Shown here: one piece after another, positions 27,375 to 37,403 of the stretch
Numbering within the stretch: the first letter of the stretch is position 1
Layout: the number at the start of each line of letters is the position of its first letter
Source of the DNA: a virus
Virus record (IMG/VR): IMGVR_UViG_3300021959_004274
Location: 1 to 64,000 of that record
Direction: 5' to 3' (one strand)
DNA: 64,000 bases
Notes under the pieces: model-generated
Told to the model about the DNA's origin: nothing
Seen by the model: the letters and a program-made list of their open reading frames with translations, nothing else
Database searches by the model: none
Made by a program: the position numbers and the translations under genes

Positions 27375-27794
27375 CTAAATTCTCTGAAAATATGTGTTGG
27401 CGTGTTCACCTAAGGTGTTGATTGTGTTATTAATTTTAGCAGTTTCGGCTAAATTGTCAATGATCGGAATTCCGTTAAAGTCTGCAATTAGACTTCCTAA
27501 TGGATTTTTATCGTTGGCATAAGAGTCTTCGTGTTCGCTGTCAAAGTCAAAGCACCATACAGTATAAGGAAATAAACTTGGCATATAGTAACTACCAAAT
27601 ACGTGTTCTTCTATTTGCACATTGTCTATCTTTATTGGTTTATGTATAATAGATGGTTGACTGCGTAAAGATATTAACTGTAAGAATGTTTCGTAGTTAC
27701 GTTGTTGATTACGTCGTATAATATCCTCGGGTGTTTTAGGCTTACGTGTAAAACCTGTAGGTGTAATATCTATTAATGTATAACAGCGTATCAT
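27375..27794 (-). CDS. Hypothetical phage protein
   Basis: YTLIDITPTG...RNQQRNYET.LQ.ISLRSQP. Confidence 0.7.
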   Translation of the reverse strand: MIRCYTLIDITPTGFTRKPKTPEDIIRRNQQRNYETFLQLISLRSQPSIIHKPIKIDNVQIEEHVFGSYYMPSLFPYTVWCFDFDSEHEDSYANDKNPLGSLIADFNGIPIIDNLAETAKINNTINTLGEHANTYFQRI

Positions 27795-28045
27795 TCTTTT
27801 GTCAATTCTACTAGTACTCTAAGTTTATCTAGAGCTTCTTTAATAAATGGTTTTTGAGATAATGTTGACCAGTCTTGTTTATACATCCAGTCTCGATAGT
27901 CACGAAACTCGTCATGTATTTCTTTGACCAGTTCTCGTTTGTAATGCGGATCACCCAACTTTCGTCTATATATAGTTGTACCACCGTCTGGTGACTCGTA
28001 AACCCAAGCAGTTGTATCTTTTTCAAACAATTCTTGTTGTTCCAT
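27791..28045 (-). CDS. Hypothetical protein
   Basis: YESPDGGTTIYRR motif; ATG 28045 is 5 nt after TATAAATA. Confidence 0.7.
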   Translation of the reverse strand: MEQQELFEKDTTAWVYESPDGGTTIYRRKLGDPHYKRELVKEIHDEFRDYRDWMYKQDWSTLSQKPFIKEALDKLRVLVELTKE

Positions 28046-28064
28046 AAACATATTTATAGCCAAT

Positions 28065-28095
28065 AAAAAAGCCCACTGTAAAAAGTGGGCTCTTT
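28065..28095 (-). terminator. Intrinsic terminator
   Basis: gcccact/agtgggc stem followed by T6 on the minus strand. Confidence 0.8.
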
Positions 28096-28110
28096 AAATA
28101 AGTTAAAAAC

Positions 28111-28347
28111 TTATGATAATGTTGCTACAACTGTTACGCCTGTAGCTGATGGTGTTGGACCACCTTGAACTAAAACGTATGAACCGTCAGCTGTACCTTC
28201 AACTGCCGCGATTGTTCCGCCTTCGTTCTGGATTTCTTTACATGCGGCTTCAACTGTTGCTAAACCTGTATTTACTGTACATACGTAAGTAGTTGGGCCT
28301 AGACCTTGTGATGCTGAAACTGATGCGTTATTTGATAAAACTGCCAT
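28111..28347 (-). CDS. Small probable structural protein
   Basis: Strong SD AAGGAG, upstream TAAATA, own terminator; rich in small residues. Confidence 0.65.
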   Translation of the reverse strand: MAVLSNNASVSASQGLGPTTYVCTVNTGLATVEAACKEIQNEGGTIAAVEGTADGSYVLVQGGPTPSATGVTVVATLS

Positions 28348-28427
28348 AATAATATCTCCTTAATGTGTGGGAAATAATTTCTTCCCTAAACTTATTTAGT
28401 CCAATTTGATCGTATTTAAAGCGTAGT

Positions 28428-28676
28428 TTATTTGATTTTTCTAGGTTTGATTCGATCTACTGAAGGTCTAATAGGTATGTCTATGCAGTTTGTAGGTGCT
28501 ACAAACATATTGTATTCACCGTCTATGTATCTTAGCTCGTAATTGATTATACTGGTTTGTAGAATAGAGTGTACTTCGCAGGCTATTTGTGATGTAAAGT
28601 CAGGAACAAATGTTTGATCTTCGCATAGTTGTTCGCCATTGACAATGACGCAAATGCCAATTAAGTACCCCCACAT
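28428..28676 (-). CDS. Hypothetical protein
   Basis: 82-aa coupled ORF. Confidence 0.5.
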   Translation of the reverse strand: MWGYLIGICVIVNGEQLCEDQTFVPDFTSQIACEVHSILQTSIINYELRYIDGEYNMFVAPTNCIDIPIRPSVDRIKPRKIK

Positions 28677-29251
28677 TATTCAGTGCCAGGACTTACCTTA
28701 CTTACTTTTTGTAACAGCATGTATAAGTCTGTGTTGACAGGACGTCTAACAGTTTGTAGTACACGCATTATAACTTGATTACGATCTGATTTGCTAATAC
28801 GTTTATGCCAATCCTGTACTAATCTACGTAGCCACATCTGATCGCTAGTTACCACTCGTCCAAATCTTCTGTATAAAATCATTAACAATTGGTCGTAGTC
28901 TCTTTCATCTAACTGACCATCTGCTACTGCTCTGATAACACGTTTTAGTCTTAGTTCAGGAATAATGATATCCCAATTATTAAATAGTTTATCTGCATAC
29001 TGCCTTTGTTGCATTACTAATGTAAGTAGGTTGTACATGTCTGTCATTGACTGCCTAAAGCCAGTAAAGTTTTGTTGTTTAATAGTATCTTTAGCATATC
29101 TAACTGCTGACTTTTTATCAAGATAATAAACAACACGTAGCATTAACATATGGTCATAGACAAGTCCTGCCAAAGTGTTAACGTCTGTACCTTTGACTTG
29201 TTCAAGTCTACGATACATTCTTGACTCAATGATGCTTTTGATAAATTCCAT
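28676..29251 (-). CDS. Hypothetical protein
   Basis: MEFIKSIIESRMYR start; coupled ORF. Confidence 0.7.
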   Translation of the reverse strand: MEFIKSIIESRMYRRLEQVKGTDVNTLAGLVYDHMLMLRVVYYLDKKSAVRYAKDTIKQQNFTGFRQSMTDMYNLLTLVMQQRQYADKLFNNWDIIIPELRLKRVIRAVADGQLDERDYDQLLMILYRRFGRVVTSDQMWLRRLVQDWHKRISKSDRNQVIMRVLQTVRRPVNTDLYMLLQKVSKVSPGTE

Positions 29252-31053
29252 TATTTTATATTCTTTGCAAAGTTTGATTTTGAAAATCTTAAACGATCAA
29301 CATACTTAAGGCCACCTGCTACATAACCTTCGTGTCCTGATTCTCCATCTATTGTAGCACTAATGCCGCCACCTTGTTGATCTAATGCTCTAACTATCTG
29401 TGTTTTAATAACAGCAATAGCATTGAATATGTTAAAAATTAATTCAACAACTTTTATATTCTCGCCTACATAGTTAGCAAGTCTTTCACCTTTGCCTTGT
29501 GAAACTTTAGTTATTGCCCAATTAGCAAAGCTGTTGGCCATATTATTAAAGTTACCTTCTCTAACTTTAAAGTTAGCAAACTGTTTCATTAATTGTGGCA
29601 AGTCTGATAGTTGTAATTCTCTTAATTTTCCTGGCATAAAGAAACGATCAATAGCTCTACTATTTGACAAAATCTTAGATTCAATTTGATCTAGTTTATC
29701 TGTTGGAACATCTACCTTAGGTGTTTCTTTCATTTTAGGGCCTACAAATAAGATAGGACCTGTAGGTAATTTTTCTATAGCATGGAAAGGTTGTCCTGCA
29801 TCTTCTGGACCTGTTAAGAATGTGTGTATAGCAACACCTGCTTTACTTGCACCTATTTGTTTGCCTAGGTCAGTGTCTGCGTCAACTGAATATGTTACTG
29901 TGTTTGGCGTAAACACAAACTTACTACCTTGTTTTGCTGGTCTACCTGCATAGAGTAAATCGCCTTTAAAGAAACCTTGAAGGCCTTTAGGTGTTTGTGC
30001 TTCTAATGGTGCCCAAAGAGCTTTATACATATTAATTAATTCAGTACGATCGCCACCACGCATCAGCATAATTTTTTCTAGTTCTTCTGGACTTGTTGCT
30101 AGTCCAGAGTATGACTTAGCAGTAAAGCCTGACTTGTCTGTTAATATAAACTTACCGTTGCTGTCTCGGCCAAATATAATTGCTGGCTTGCCATCCCATT
30201 TAATTGTAATGTCTTGTGCTGAATTTGGCAACCATTTTAGATCTCTTATAGCACCTAGAGCACCGTGACTAGCATCATTGAATATCATATCTTCTGGATG
30301 TTCAATTCTTGCCGCTTCTGTAATAACTTTCATTCCTAGGTTAACTAATCTATCTCTTGTATGTGCAATCCAATTAACTTCTGTTGATTCAAACTGTAGT
30401 CCATCTTTTTCAAATGACTCTCTAGCATCTGCTACCAATGATTCGTATTCAGGGTCTTTACGTGCTTGTGCTAGTATACTTTCCACACTGGCTAAATCTT
30501 TACGTGAGCCACCAATTAGCATTTTAGCAATTTCGTCTGGCTTGTTTGATATAACTTTGTTTGTTTCTCTTGACACTAGTCCATACTTGTATGACCACTT
30601 CATACCTCTAGCTTTAGCAATACTGGCTAATAAGATAGCACGGTGTACACCTTTGTATTCTGAATCTGGTGATGCGTTTAACGCAAACTGTTGCCATTTA
30701 GGATCACCAAACATAAAGTCTACTTGTACATAGCCGTCTTGTGGATCACCGTTGATAGGACATTTATAGTGTACTGAGTCACCTGACTTAGCAACGTCAG
30801 TGCTATTAACACCTTTTGATATTAGTTTATTATATAATTCGTCTTTGGTATGCTTACTAGCATCAACTGCTAGATCTAAATCACCTGACGTAGGCTTCTT
30901 ACCTGTTGAACCTAGCATGTTATCTAGTAAAGGTAATCCTGTTAGTGATTCAAGATATTTTACAGTTGGCTTAACATCAACAAGATTAATTCTTTGTGTT
31001 AAAGGATTGCCTTGTTGATCTTTAAATACGTTGCCGCCCTCAAATAGTTCCAT
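29251..31053 (-). CDS. Pol-beta-type nucleotidyltransferase fused to a ligase-like (KxDG) domain
   Basis: LGSTGKK..SGDLDLAVD...VQVDFM; IEHPED...TIKWDG.PA...GDLL...HEGYV. Confidence 0.65.
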   Translation of the reverse strand: MELFEGGNVFKDQQGNPLTQRINLVDVKPTVKYLESLTGLPLLDNMLGSTGKKPTSGDLDLAVDASKHTKDELYNKLISKGVNSTDVAKSGDSVHYKCPINGDPQDGYVQVDFMFGDPKWQQFALNASPDSEYKGVHRAILLASIAKARGMKWSYKYGLVSRETNKVISNKPDEIAKMLIGGSRKDLASVESILAQARKDPEYESLVADARESFEKDGLQFESTEVNWIAHTRDRLVNLGMKVITEAARIEHPEDMIFNDASHGALGAIRDLKWLPNSAQDITIKWDGKPAIIFGRDSNGKFILTDKSGFTAKSYSGLATSPEELEKIMLMRGGDRTELINMYKALWAPLEAQTPKGLQGFFKGDLLYAGRPAKQGSKFVFTPNTVTYSVDADTDLGKQIGASKAGVAIHTFLTGPEDAGQPFHAIEKLPTGPILFVGPKMKETPKVDVPTDKLDQIESKILSNSRAIDRFFMPGKLRELQLSDLPQLMKQFANFKVREGNFNNMANSFANWAITKVSQGKGERLANYVGENIKVVELIFNIFNAIAVIKTQIVRALDQQGGGISATIDGESGHEGYVAGGLKYVDRLRFSKSNFAKNIK

Positions 31054-31610
31054 TATGCCTGGCCCTGAGCTTTTAGTAATTTTTCTAGATCTCTATAGGT
31101 TTGAGAATTTCTATCAACTTCTTGTCCGCACACTGTAATTTTACCAGCATTTGTAGATACTTTACAATCCTGCTGTGGTGCTAGAGTTGATCTCTGATTG
31201 TCTGTTGATGCTGTACCATCTAATTCGTCTTGTCCACTACGTGCTTGTGACACTGCTAATAGACCTGCCACTGCTTTTTGTACTAGAGCTTTGTCTCTTG
31301 GGTTTTGTACTAATGGATCAACTAAGTTTTGATACATGGCTTTAATATCTTGCGGAGCACTTTGTACAGTATATGGTTGTAGTACAGTAGCATCAAACCA
31401 TTTTTGTAACGCACTCTTAACTTGTGCTGGGTTTAATTCTTCGTAGCCATTTTTGGCTTCTGATTGATTAAGATAATTGATCCAGGCTGGAACTGCTTTT
31501 TTAGCAAACGTAGCAATAAAGTTTGCATTTTGGTTTTTTCCTATAGCATTTTTTAATTTTCCAAAAATGCCTGGTGCTTCTTGTACTTGGATTATTTCAT
31601 TAATCTTCAT
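31053..31610 (-). CDS. Hypothetical protein
   Basis: MKINEII..QEA start. Confidence 0.65.
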   Translation of the reverse strand: MKINEIIQVQEAPGIFGKLKNAIGKNQNANFIATFAKKAVPAWINYLNQSEAKNGYEELNPAQVKSALQKWFDATVLQPYTVQSAPQDIKAMYQNLVDPLVQNPRDKALVQKAVAGLLAVSQARSGQDELDGTASTDNQRSTLAPQQDCKVSTNAGKITVCGQEVDRNSQTYRDLEKLLKAQGQA

Positions 31611-31845
31611 CTTTACGTCTCACTGACCGAGCAAATTTTTTAGGGTCTCTTGATTTGATGGCGTTAACAAACTTACGCTGTAAATCTTCTGCTTGTTCTC
31701 GAGTGTAAAGATTATCGATTTGTTCAAAAATATTGATAGCAGACTGGATTATGTTATTAGCACGACTCTCAACTAGGTGATTTTTGTCTTTGCTAATGTG
31801 CATTGAGCTCAATTCATCTAAAATACTTTTTGTTTTACGTTGCAT
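31600..31845 (-). CDS. Hypothetical protein
   Basis: 81 aa; TAAATA upstream. Confidence 0.7.
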   Translation of the reverse strand: MQRKTKSILDELSSMHISKDKNHLVESRANNIIQSAINIFEQIDNLYTREQAEDLQRKFVNAIKSRDPKKFARSVRRKDED

Positions 31846-31879
31846 AAGTTAAGTTTCCGTTAGTGATAGTATTTATCAC

Positions 31880-33283
31880 TTAACTTGATTTTAGATTAGA
31901 AAGCATCTGCTTGAGCTTGTTGCCTTGTACATCTGCTGTAACTTTGGCTGACTCGCCCTCTGGTTCTGTTACTGTTTTTTCACCAACTGTGGTAGTTGTT
32001 TTGATAGATTTCATTAGTTCACTAGGATTTGTTTGAGTGTATGCTGACTGTTGATCCTCTGCTAGATCTGTAATACGCAAACTTTCTACATTAAACTCTA
32101 AGTCTACTTTACTGCCTACACCACTAGAACTTCTAGTTTTCATTAACTGTATTTGATAACGACCACGCTCACGCATAGCTCTCGATGTAAATATACCAAA
32201 CACATTATCAGCAGTATTAATTTTACTCAAGCCACCTGCAATATGACTATGATCAAATTCTACTTCTTCAACTGCCGCTCTGTTTAACTGCGATGCTGTA
32301 ACAAAGATAATGTCTAGTTCTTTTGCTAGGTTACGTAACTCTTCACTTACATATTTGTCTTTAACAAACAAATCGTTTGGTGACACTTTAGCACTCACAG
32401 GCATAATCAAATCTAAATAGTCAACACAAAGGAAGTCTACTTTAGTTTTTGTTTGTATTTCTAATTCTTTTAAGTATGCTCTAATGTCATTAACGTTTGA
32501 CTGTGCAGGCATATATTTGATTCTAAGTTTACCTGACTTCTTGCCTACAAGTTTAACTTTCATTTCAACATCTTCAAGTTTCTTAAAGATTTCTTTTGAA
32601 CTAGTGTTAGTCATCATACTATCAAGTCGCATAGCACACAATCCTTCACTAAGTTCTAGTGTAATGTAAGCACCGTTAAGTCCTAGTTGGCTCCAGTTCA
32701 CTGCCAAGTTCTGCATAAACAAACTTTTACCCGAACCAGATCCGCCTGCAAATATCTGTAGTTCACCTCTGTTGAATCCACCATACAACGGTCTATCTAA
32801 TGCTGACCAGCCCGACGACACTTGTCCGTTTTTACTTTTTAATAGTTCAAGTCTGCCTTTAGGATCCTCAAAGTAATCTGTACCCATGTCTTTGGTTAAC
32901 GATATTTGTACAGCATCTTTGATTAATTTTTCTACAGGATTGTAGTTGCCTTTTTCTAACATGTCTGCTGACTTAAGAATAGCACGTTCTAGTTCTTGAC
33001 GTCTAGTAAACGACTCAAACTCTTCCATAAACCAACTGTAATGATCATCTGTTAAGTCAGGAAGATGTTGTAGTTTAGTTTTACTAACTGCTTGTACTTG
33101 CTCAAACGTAGGAATAGCCTTGTGCTTGTCCACATGCTCTTTAATAAATTTGGCCGCTTCTTGTAGACTACGATCAAAGTTTTCTGGATTGTAGATATTC
33201 TGCACACGGATATAGCTCTGAGCATCCTGTAGCATCATTTCTAAAAATAGTTTTTGTACTTCTAATGTATATTCTGTTGCCAT
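31880..33283 (-). CDS. DnaB-like replicative helicase (gp41-like)
   Basis: GGSGSGKS, TLELSE, VDYLDL, TASQLNR, MKTRSS. Confidence 0.93.
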   Translation of the reverse strand: MATEYTLEVQKLFLEMMLQDAQSYIRVQNIYNPENFDRSLQEAAKFIKEHVDKHKAIPTFEQVQAVSKTKLQHLPDLTDDHYSWFMEEFESFTRRQELERAILKSADMLEKGNYNPVEKLIKDAVQISLTKDMGTDYFEDPKGRLELLKSKNGQVSSGWSALDRPLYGGFNRGELQIFAGGSGSGKSLFMQNLAVNWSQLGLNGAYITLELSEGLCAMRLDSMMTNTSSKEIFKKLEDVEMKVKLVGKKSGKLRIKYMPAQSNVNDIRAYLKELEIQTKTKVDFLCVDYLDLIMPVSAKVSPNDLFVKDKYVSEELRNLAKELDIIFVTASQLNRAAVEEVEFDHSHIAGGLSKINTADNVFGIFTSRAMRERGRYQIQLMKTRSSSGVGSKVDLEFNVESLRITDLAEDQQSAYTQTNPSELMKSIKTTTTVGEKTVTEPEGESAKVTADVQGNKLKQMLSNLKSS

Positions 33284-33297
33284 GTGTATATTATACG

Positions 33298-34269
33298 TTA
33301 CCTAATAGTTTTAACAAGTCTGCGTTTTGCCAATTCTATCTTGATTTTACTAGTTTCACGACTGTTCATAATAGTTATCAAGGTTCCTAATCTACCATAA
33401 TGTTTTACAGCATCGTTAACATCTTTAACATGCTCGGGCCAGTCTGGTATTGATACTGCCCAGCCTAGTTCTACTGCACGATCAATTAATTTTAGTCCAG
33501 CTTCGTCTTGATCAGGCACTACTGTTATCTGTTTGTGCTGTTGTTTTAATATTTGTGCTTGTTTATCACTGACTGTATTGTGTAAAACTGCTACTGCGTT
33601 AATGCTTAATGCGTCAAACAATCCTTCTACTACCACTAACTGTGTCCAATGTTCTTGTTGTAGATCTAATCCAAACACATAGCCTGCTTGTTGTTCATTG
33701 ATATACTTTGGTGTACGATCATCTAAGTAACGTGCTGACCAACCTACTACATCACCTTGATAAGTGTAAGGAACTACAATACGTTTTGCGTTACGTCCAT
33801 CAACCTCAGGCGATATCATATAAGGATAGTCTTCCCAATCTATTCCTCTGTTGCGTAAGTATTCTATAAACTCTGCATCACCTGTTTCTAGTAAGCGTAG
33901 TTCTTCAGGTAAGTCCTTATGTTCAAACTCTACTTTAACTTCTACTTCACGCTGTTGTTCTACTAGTTGTGCTATATCCTTATGCTTAAGACTTTCTAAA
34001 TTTAACCCTGCTATTGTATTTTGATCTAAGCCCATCCACGATAACAGTTTACGTGCTTTATAACTTAGTGTACGTCCTAGTTTAAAACTTGCTTTGAAAC
34101 CACAGTTAAAACAATGATAACTCCAATCTTCGCCGTTTTGTTTGATACCACCACGTTGTCTTTTATCCTGTCTTTCACCGTTGTGTTCACAGCAGACAGC
34201 ATTAAACGATACCCAGCCACTGGAAGTACGTTTATGTTTTGCAGGAATAACAGTCGTAATATCTAACAT
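33298..34269 (-). CDS. DNA primase (gp61-like)
   Basis: Zn-binding CC..H...YHCFNCG; TOPRIM VVEGLFDAL...PDQDEAG; KDVND. Confidence 0.9.
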   Translation of the reverse strand: MLDITTVIPAKHKRTSSGWVSFNAVCCEHNGERQDKRQRGGIKQNGEDWSYHCFNCGFKASFKLGRTLSYKARKLLSWMGLDQNTIAGLNLESLKHKDIAQLVEQQREVEVKVEFEHKDLPEELRLLETGDAEFIEYLRNRGIDWEDYPYMISPEVDGRNAKRIVVPYTYQGDVVGWSARYLDDRTPKYINEQQAGYVFGLDLQQEHWTQLVVVEGLFDALSINAVAVLHNTVSDKQAQILKQQHKQITVVPDQDEAGLKLIDRAVELGWAVSIPDWPEHVKDVNDAVKHYGRLGTLITIMNSRETSKIKIELAKRRLVKTIR

Positions 34270-34985
34270 TAAGTTAGTATAACATCATTTATTTGAGAAT
34301 ACAACATTTCTGATAAAATTTGGTGACCTTTTTCATTTGGATGATGTCCGGGTGCGTGTATTTGTTTTGTATCTGTACGTGCTTGTAGTATGTCTTGTAA
34401 GTTTTGGTCAGGCCATTCTAGTGTATCTGTATACTCTACCAGAGTTCCAGGATTATATAAGTTAAATTGCATCAACGGAATATTTTTAGTTTTACTGATA
34501 CCATCAAAAAAATAAACTGCTTGTTGATAGTTTAGTTTTGATAGCTCATCGCAGTGGCTTAGTGTTAGGTATTGTTTACCAAATTGTTGCCATTCTTTAG
34601 GAATAACATCACTACCAAAGTTTACCCAAGTAGAATGTACATATTTGTTCCACGCTGGATCATTTGAATAACTTACATGTTCTGGATTATACCAAGTTTG
34701 TCTATCTGGTGCAGTTAGTCCTACTAAACAAAGAGTATCTGACCAATCTGTATTTTCTAAAAACCAAAGGAAGTTCCACATTGTACTTTGTAGGCTGGCA
34801 CCTGGGTGTCCATAATTTTCGTAAGGTACACCAAGTTTATCTGCTATGAGTCCTGAAAAGCAATGACTAAGCCTGTAGTCATCATTTTGTGTAAAGCAAC
34901 ACTCCCATTCAGGATGCGAGGGATCTACTAGTTCATCACCGTAAATCCAACTATCGCCAAATACGGCTAGTTTTTTAATGTTCAA
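34269..34985 (-). CDS. SGNH/GDSL hydrolase-like protein
   Basis: FGDSW..G, NYG.PG.S, HPNEKGH. Confidence 0.8.
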   Translation of the reverse strand: MNIKKLAVFGDSWIYGDELVDPSHPEWECCFTQNDDYRLSHCFSGLIADKLGVPYENYGHPGASLQSTMWNFLWFLENTDWSDTLCLVGLTAPDRQTWYNPEHVSYSNDPAWNKYVHSTWVNFGSDVIPKEWQQFGKQYLTLSHCDELSKLNYQQAVYFFDGISKTKNIPLMQFNLYNPGTLVEYTDTLEWPDQNLQDILQARTDTKQIHAPGHHPNEKGHQILSEMLYSQINDVILT

Positions 34986-35738
34986 CTATCTAATTTTTAC
35001 GTCTGTTATACTACCAGATGTTTTCTCAATGGTTAATCTTAAGTAAGGATGAAACCCATTGATATTTATATAGCCTGTAGTTGATGAGGCAGATAATGCT
35101 ACAGCAGATCCTATGTCGTACCATGGACCACTAGTGTCAACAGTACCTTCTACTTTTATATTACCTGTAAATGTACTTGGAGTATATTGTAATGTTTGTA
35201 AGCCTTGATCATTACTGGTCCAAGTTGATGAATTAAATGTTGATACGTTACCATGATTAGGAATAGTAATTGAACGACTTGCTGTGTGAGCAGGCATAAC
35301 AGAATCTAAGATTTCAACAACGCCACGGGCACCGGCATTGTCATCTACAAATCCAGGATTGTATATTGCACTTGAACTTTGTTTACGTTCAAGCGTATAG
35401 TATCCTGTCTGTGCTGATACTATATCAAGTTCAGCTTCTGTTATTGTAACCTTAGCTCGACCTTTGACTAGGTCAATGGCTTCTAGGTCTTTACTTAGAA
35501 TTAATTCATCACCGTTACTGTGAATTAATCTAAATGTTACTGTTGTATCTGTTAGCGATACTGGCTTCTGATCTTGATTAACGAATCTAAACGTTAATAC
35601 ATTGTCAGTGCCTTTATGAAGTTTTAAATCTTTTGCGTACACGGGTGCCCACCTCACTGAAGTTATGTTCGTGTTGGAATAATCATTTAATATTACCAAC
35701 TGGTCCTGATTATATAAATAGACTTGAGTATTATACAT
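34986..35738 (-). CDS. Probable structural (baseplate/neck-like) protein
   Basis: Beta-rich; KGTDN.L.F.FVNQDQKP; TAAATA 6 nt upstream. Confidence 0.55.
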   Translation of the reverse strand: MYNTQVYLYNQDQLVILNDYSNTNITSVRWAPVYAKDLKLHKGTDNVLTFRFVNQDQKPVSLTDTTVTFRLIHSNGDELILSKDLEAIDLVKGRAKVTITEAELDIVSAQTGYYTLERKQSSSAIYNPGFVDDNAGARGVVEILDSVMPAHTASRSITIPNHGNVSTFNSSTWTSNDQGLQTLQYTPSTFTGNIKVEGTVDTSGPWYDIGSAVALSASSTTGYININGFHPYLRLTIEKTSGSITDVKIR

Positions 35739-35755
35739 ATAACATATTTATCAAC

Positions 35756-36133
35756 ATGTCAAACGATTTTTTTAAACAACTGTCAGAGAAGTATCCATTT
35801 ATCACTGTGGTGATGTATGGCAATGCAGAGTACGTAGGTATTGTGCAGAATCGTGATCACCTAGTGACCACAATGTATGACTTTGGGCGTATCATTGACA
35901 TTGAAATGAAACAAAGATTCTTAGAATTAGCAGAAACTTGGTGGTGGGAATCAAACAGATCAATTCCAATTAATATTTTCTTACGTGAAGAATGGGCTCA
36001 GTTTAAACCATTCCTACAAACATTTATTAATAAAGATTTAGAAATATTATACGGTCCTGCCACTTCATTAACAGACCTTGCTAAAAAGCGTACTAAGAAA
36101 AAATCAATTACACTTGTACGCCGAGTAGACTAA
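35756..36133 (+). CDS. Hypothetical phage protein
   Basis: YPFIT...EYVGIVQN...WWWESNRSIPINIFL; TATAAATA at 35713-35720. Confidence 0.75.
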   Translation: MSNDFFKQLSEKYPFITVVMYGNAEYVGIVQNRDHLVTTMYDFGRIIDIEMKQRFLELAETWWWESNRSIPINIFLREEWAQFKPFLQTFINKDLEILYGPATSLTDLAKKRTKKKSITLVRRVD

Positions 36134-36702
36134 ACCAATTCACTTAACAAATTCATATGTAAGGCAACCAGTACTGCGTAACTAACTGCGTGTGCTTTCT
36201 TAAAATAATAACTATCATCATCTGGCACCGTCCAAATATCTTCTGCAATAGTTTTCCAGTCTTTGCCTAGCAAGTGTCTTTTGCCTGGACGTATTAAAGC
36301 CAAAAACATAGCCATCCTGGGTATTGAATTTACTTCCATGTTTTTAATAAGATCATAATGATTACCAATGTGTATAATCTTTTCTACAAATGATTGATCT
36401 TTAAGTAATTCCCAACGAGGTTCTTGATTAAGCATTTGATCATAGTGCTGTTGATCACGAATTAGTTTGTAAACATTAACATTCAAAAAGTCAATCTTAA
36501 CATAGCCACGTTCTTCTGCTGACTCATAGTCAATACTAGCACAGTCATTGATTGGATCATAAGGTATTTCAGTTACATACACACCGGAGTTGTGTCTGCG
36601 TACTCCATCCTCACGATCTTGACGAGCAGAAGTATGCTCAATTAGTTTGAGTATATCCTCTCTATCTGCAAAATCAATATCAATGTCTGACTTAAACTTC
36701 AT
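36130..36702 (-). CDS. Miniature DnaE (Pol III alpha) palm-like protein
   Basis: SDIDIDF, HNSGVY, GYVKIDFL, ALIRPG and FKKAHAVSY in DnaE order. Confidence 0.8.
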   Translation of the reverse strand: MKFKSDIDIDFADREDILKLIEHTSARQDREDGVRRHNSGVYVTEIPYDPINDCASIDYESAEERGYVKIDFLNVNVYKLIRDQQHYDQMLNQEPRWELLKDQSFVEKIIHIGNHYDLIKNMEVNSIPRMAMFLALIRPGKRHLLGKDWKTIAEDIWTVPDDDSYYFKKAHAVSYAVLVALHMNLLSELV

Positions 36703-37403
36703 TACCAACCTGCCTGCTTTAACATTTCTCTAAGATATTCTGTATCACCTGGATAATCTTTTAATTTTTTATGCCAACGTTCTGGATCAATGAAATCATA
36801 CACAATAGCTAGTTGTTCTTGTGTTAGGTTTTCTAAAAACTCGTGCCCCGAATCACAGTTAAAAATAGTCCAGCCTGTAATCCGTCCTGCGGTGATTAAA
36901 TGACATATCTTGTTTGAGTTACCATACCGTAAAAAATGTTCTGTAGGATTGTTTGTGTCGTATGCCCAAGCAACACCTGTTTCTAATGCACGTGTTAGTG
37001 CATCTGTTGCTGGTTCTTTGTATACCCATTCTTTTAAGAACTCATCATACAGTTTGTCAGTTCCCCAATAGTCTATACGTTTATTTCCCTTTAATAACCA
37101 ATCAGCAAAACGTTCTGCGTTAACCACACGTGCATTAACACAATAGTTGCCAAACTTAATAAATGCTTTATAGTATGCAGATGTAGCAAAGTCGTCAAAT
37201 GTTTTTTGTTTTGCTGAGCCTTGTGTTAGTTCATAAAAGCGTATAAAGTTTGTAAAGCCAATCCGACTTGCTGGTGTATCTTTATCTTGGAAACGTTTCT
37301 TTTGTTCGCAGACATGCACAGACAGTGTAGACTCTCTGGCAAATGATCTTTCACAATACTTACATTTATAAGTCAGCTTTAATTCGCTTGTCGTCCCAGC
37401 CAT
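36702..37403 (-). CDS. Hypothetical protein with N-terminal zinc finger
   Basis: YKCKYCERSF......HVC. Confidence 0.7.
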   Translation of the reverse strand: MAGTTSELKLTYKCKYCERSFARESTLSVHVCEQKKRFQDKDTPASRIGFTNFIRFYELTQGSAKQKTFDDFATSAYYKAFIKFGNYCVNARVVNAERFADWLLKGNKRIDYWGTDKLYDEFLKEWVYKEPATDALTRALETGVAWAYDTNNPTEHFLRYGNSNKICHLITAGRITGWTIFNCDSGHEFLENLTQEQLAIVYDFIDPERWHKKLKDYPGDTEYLREMLKQAGW

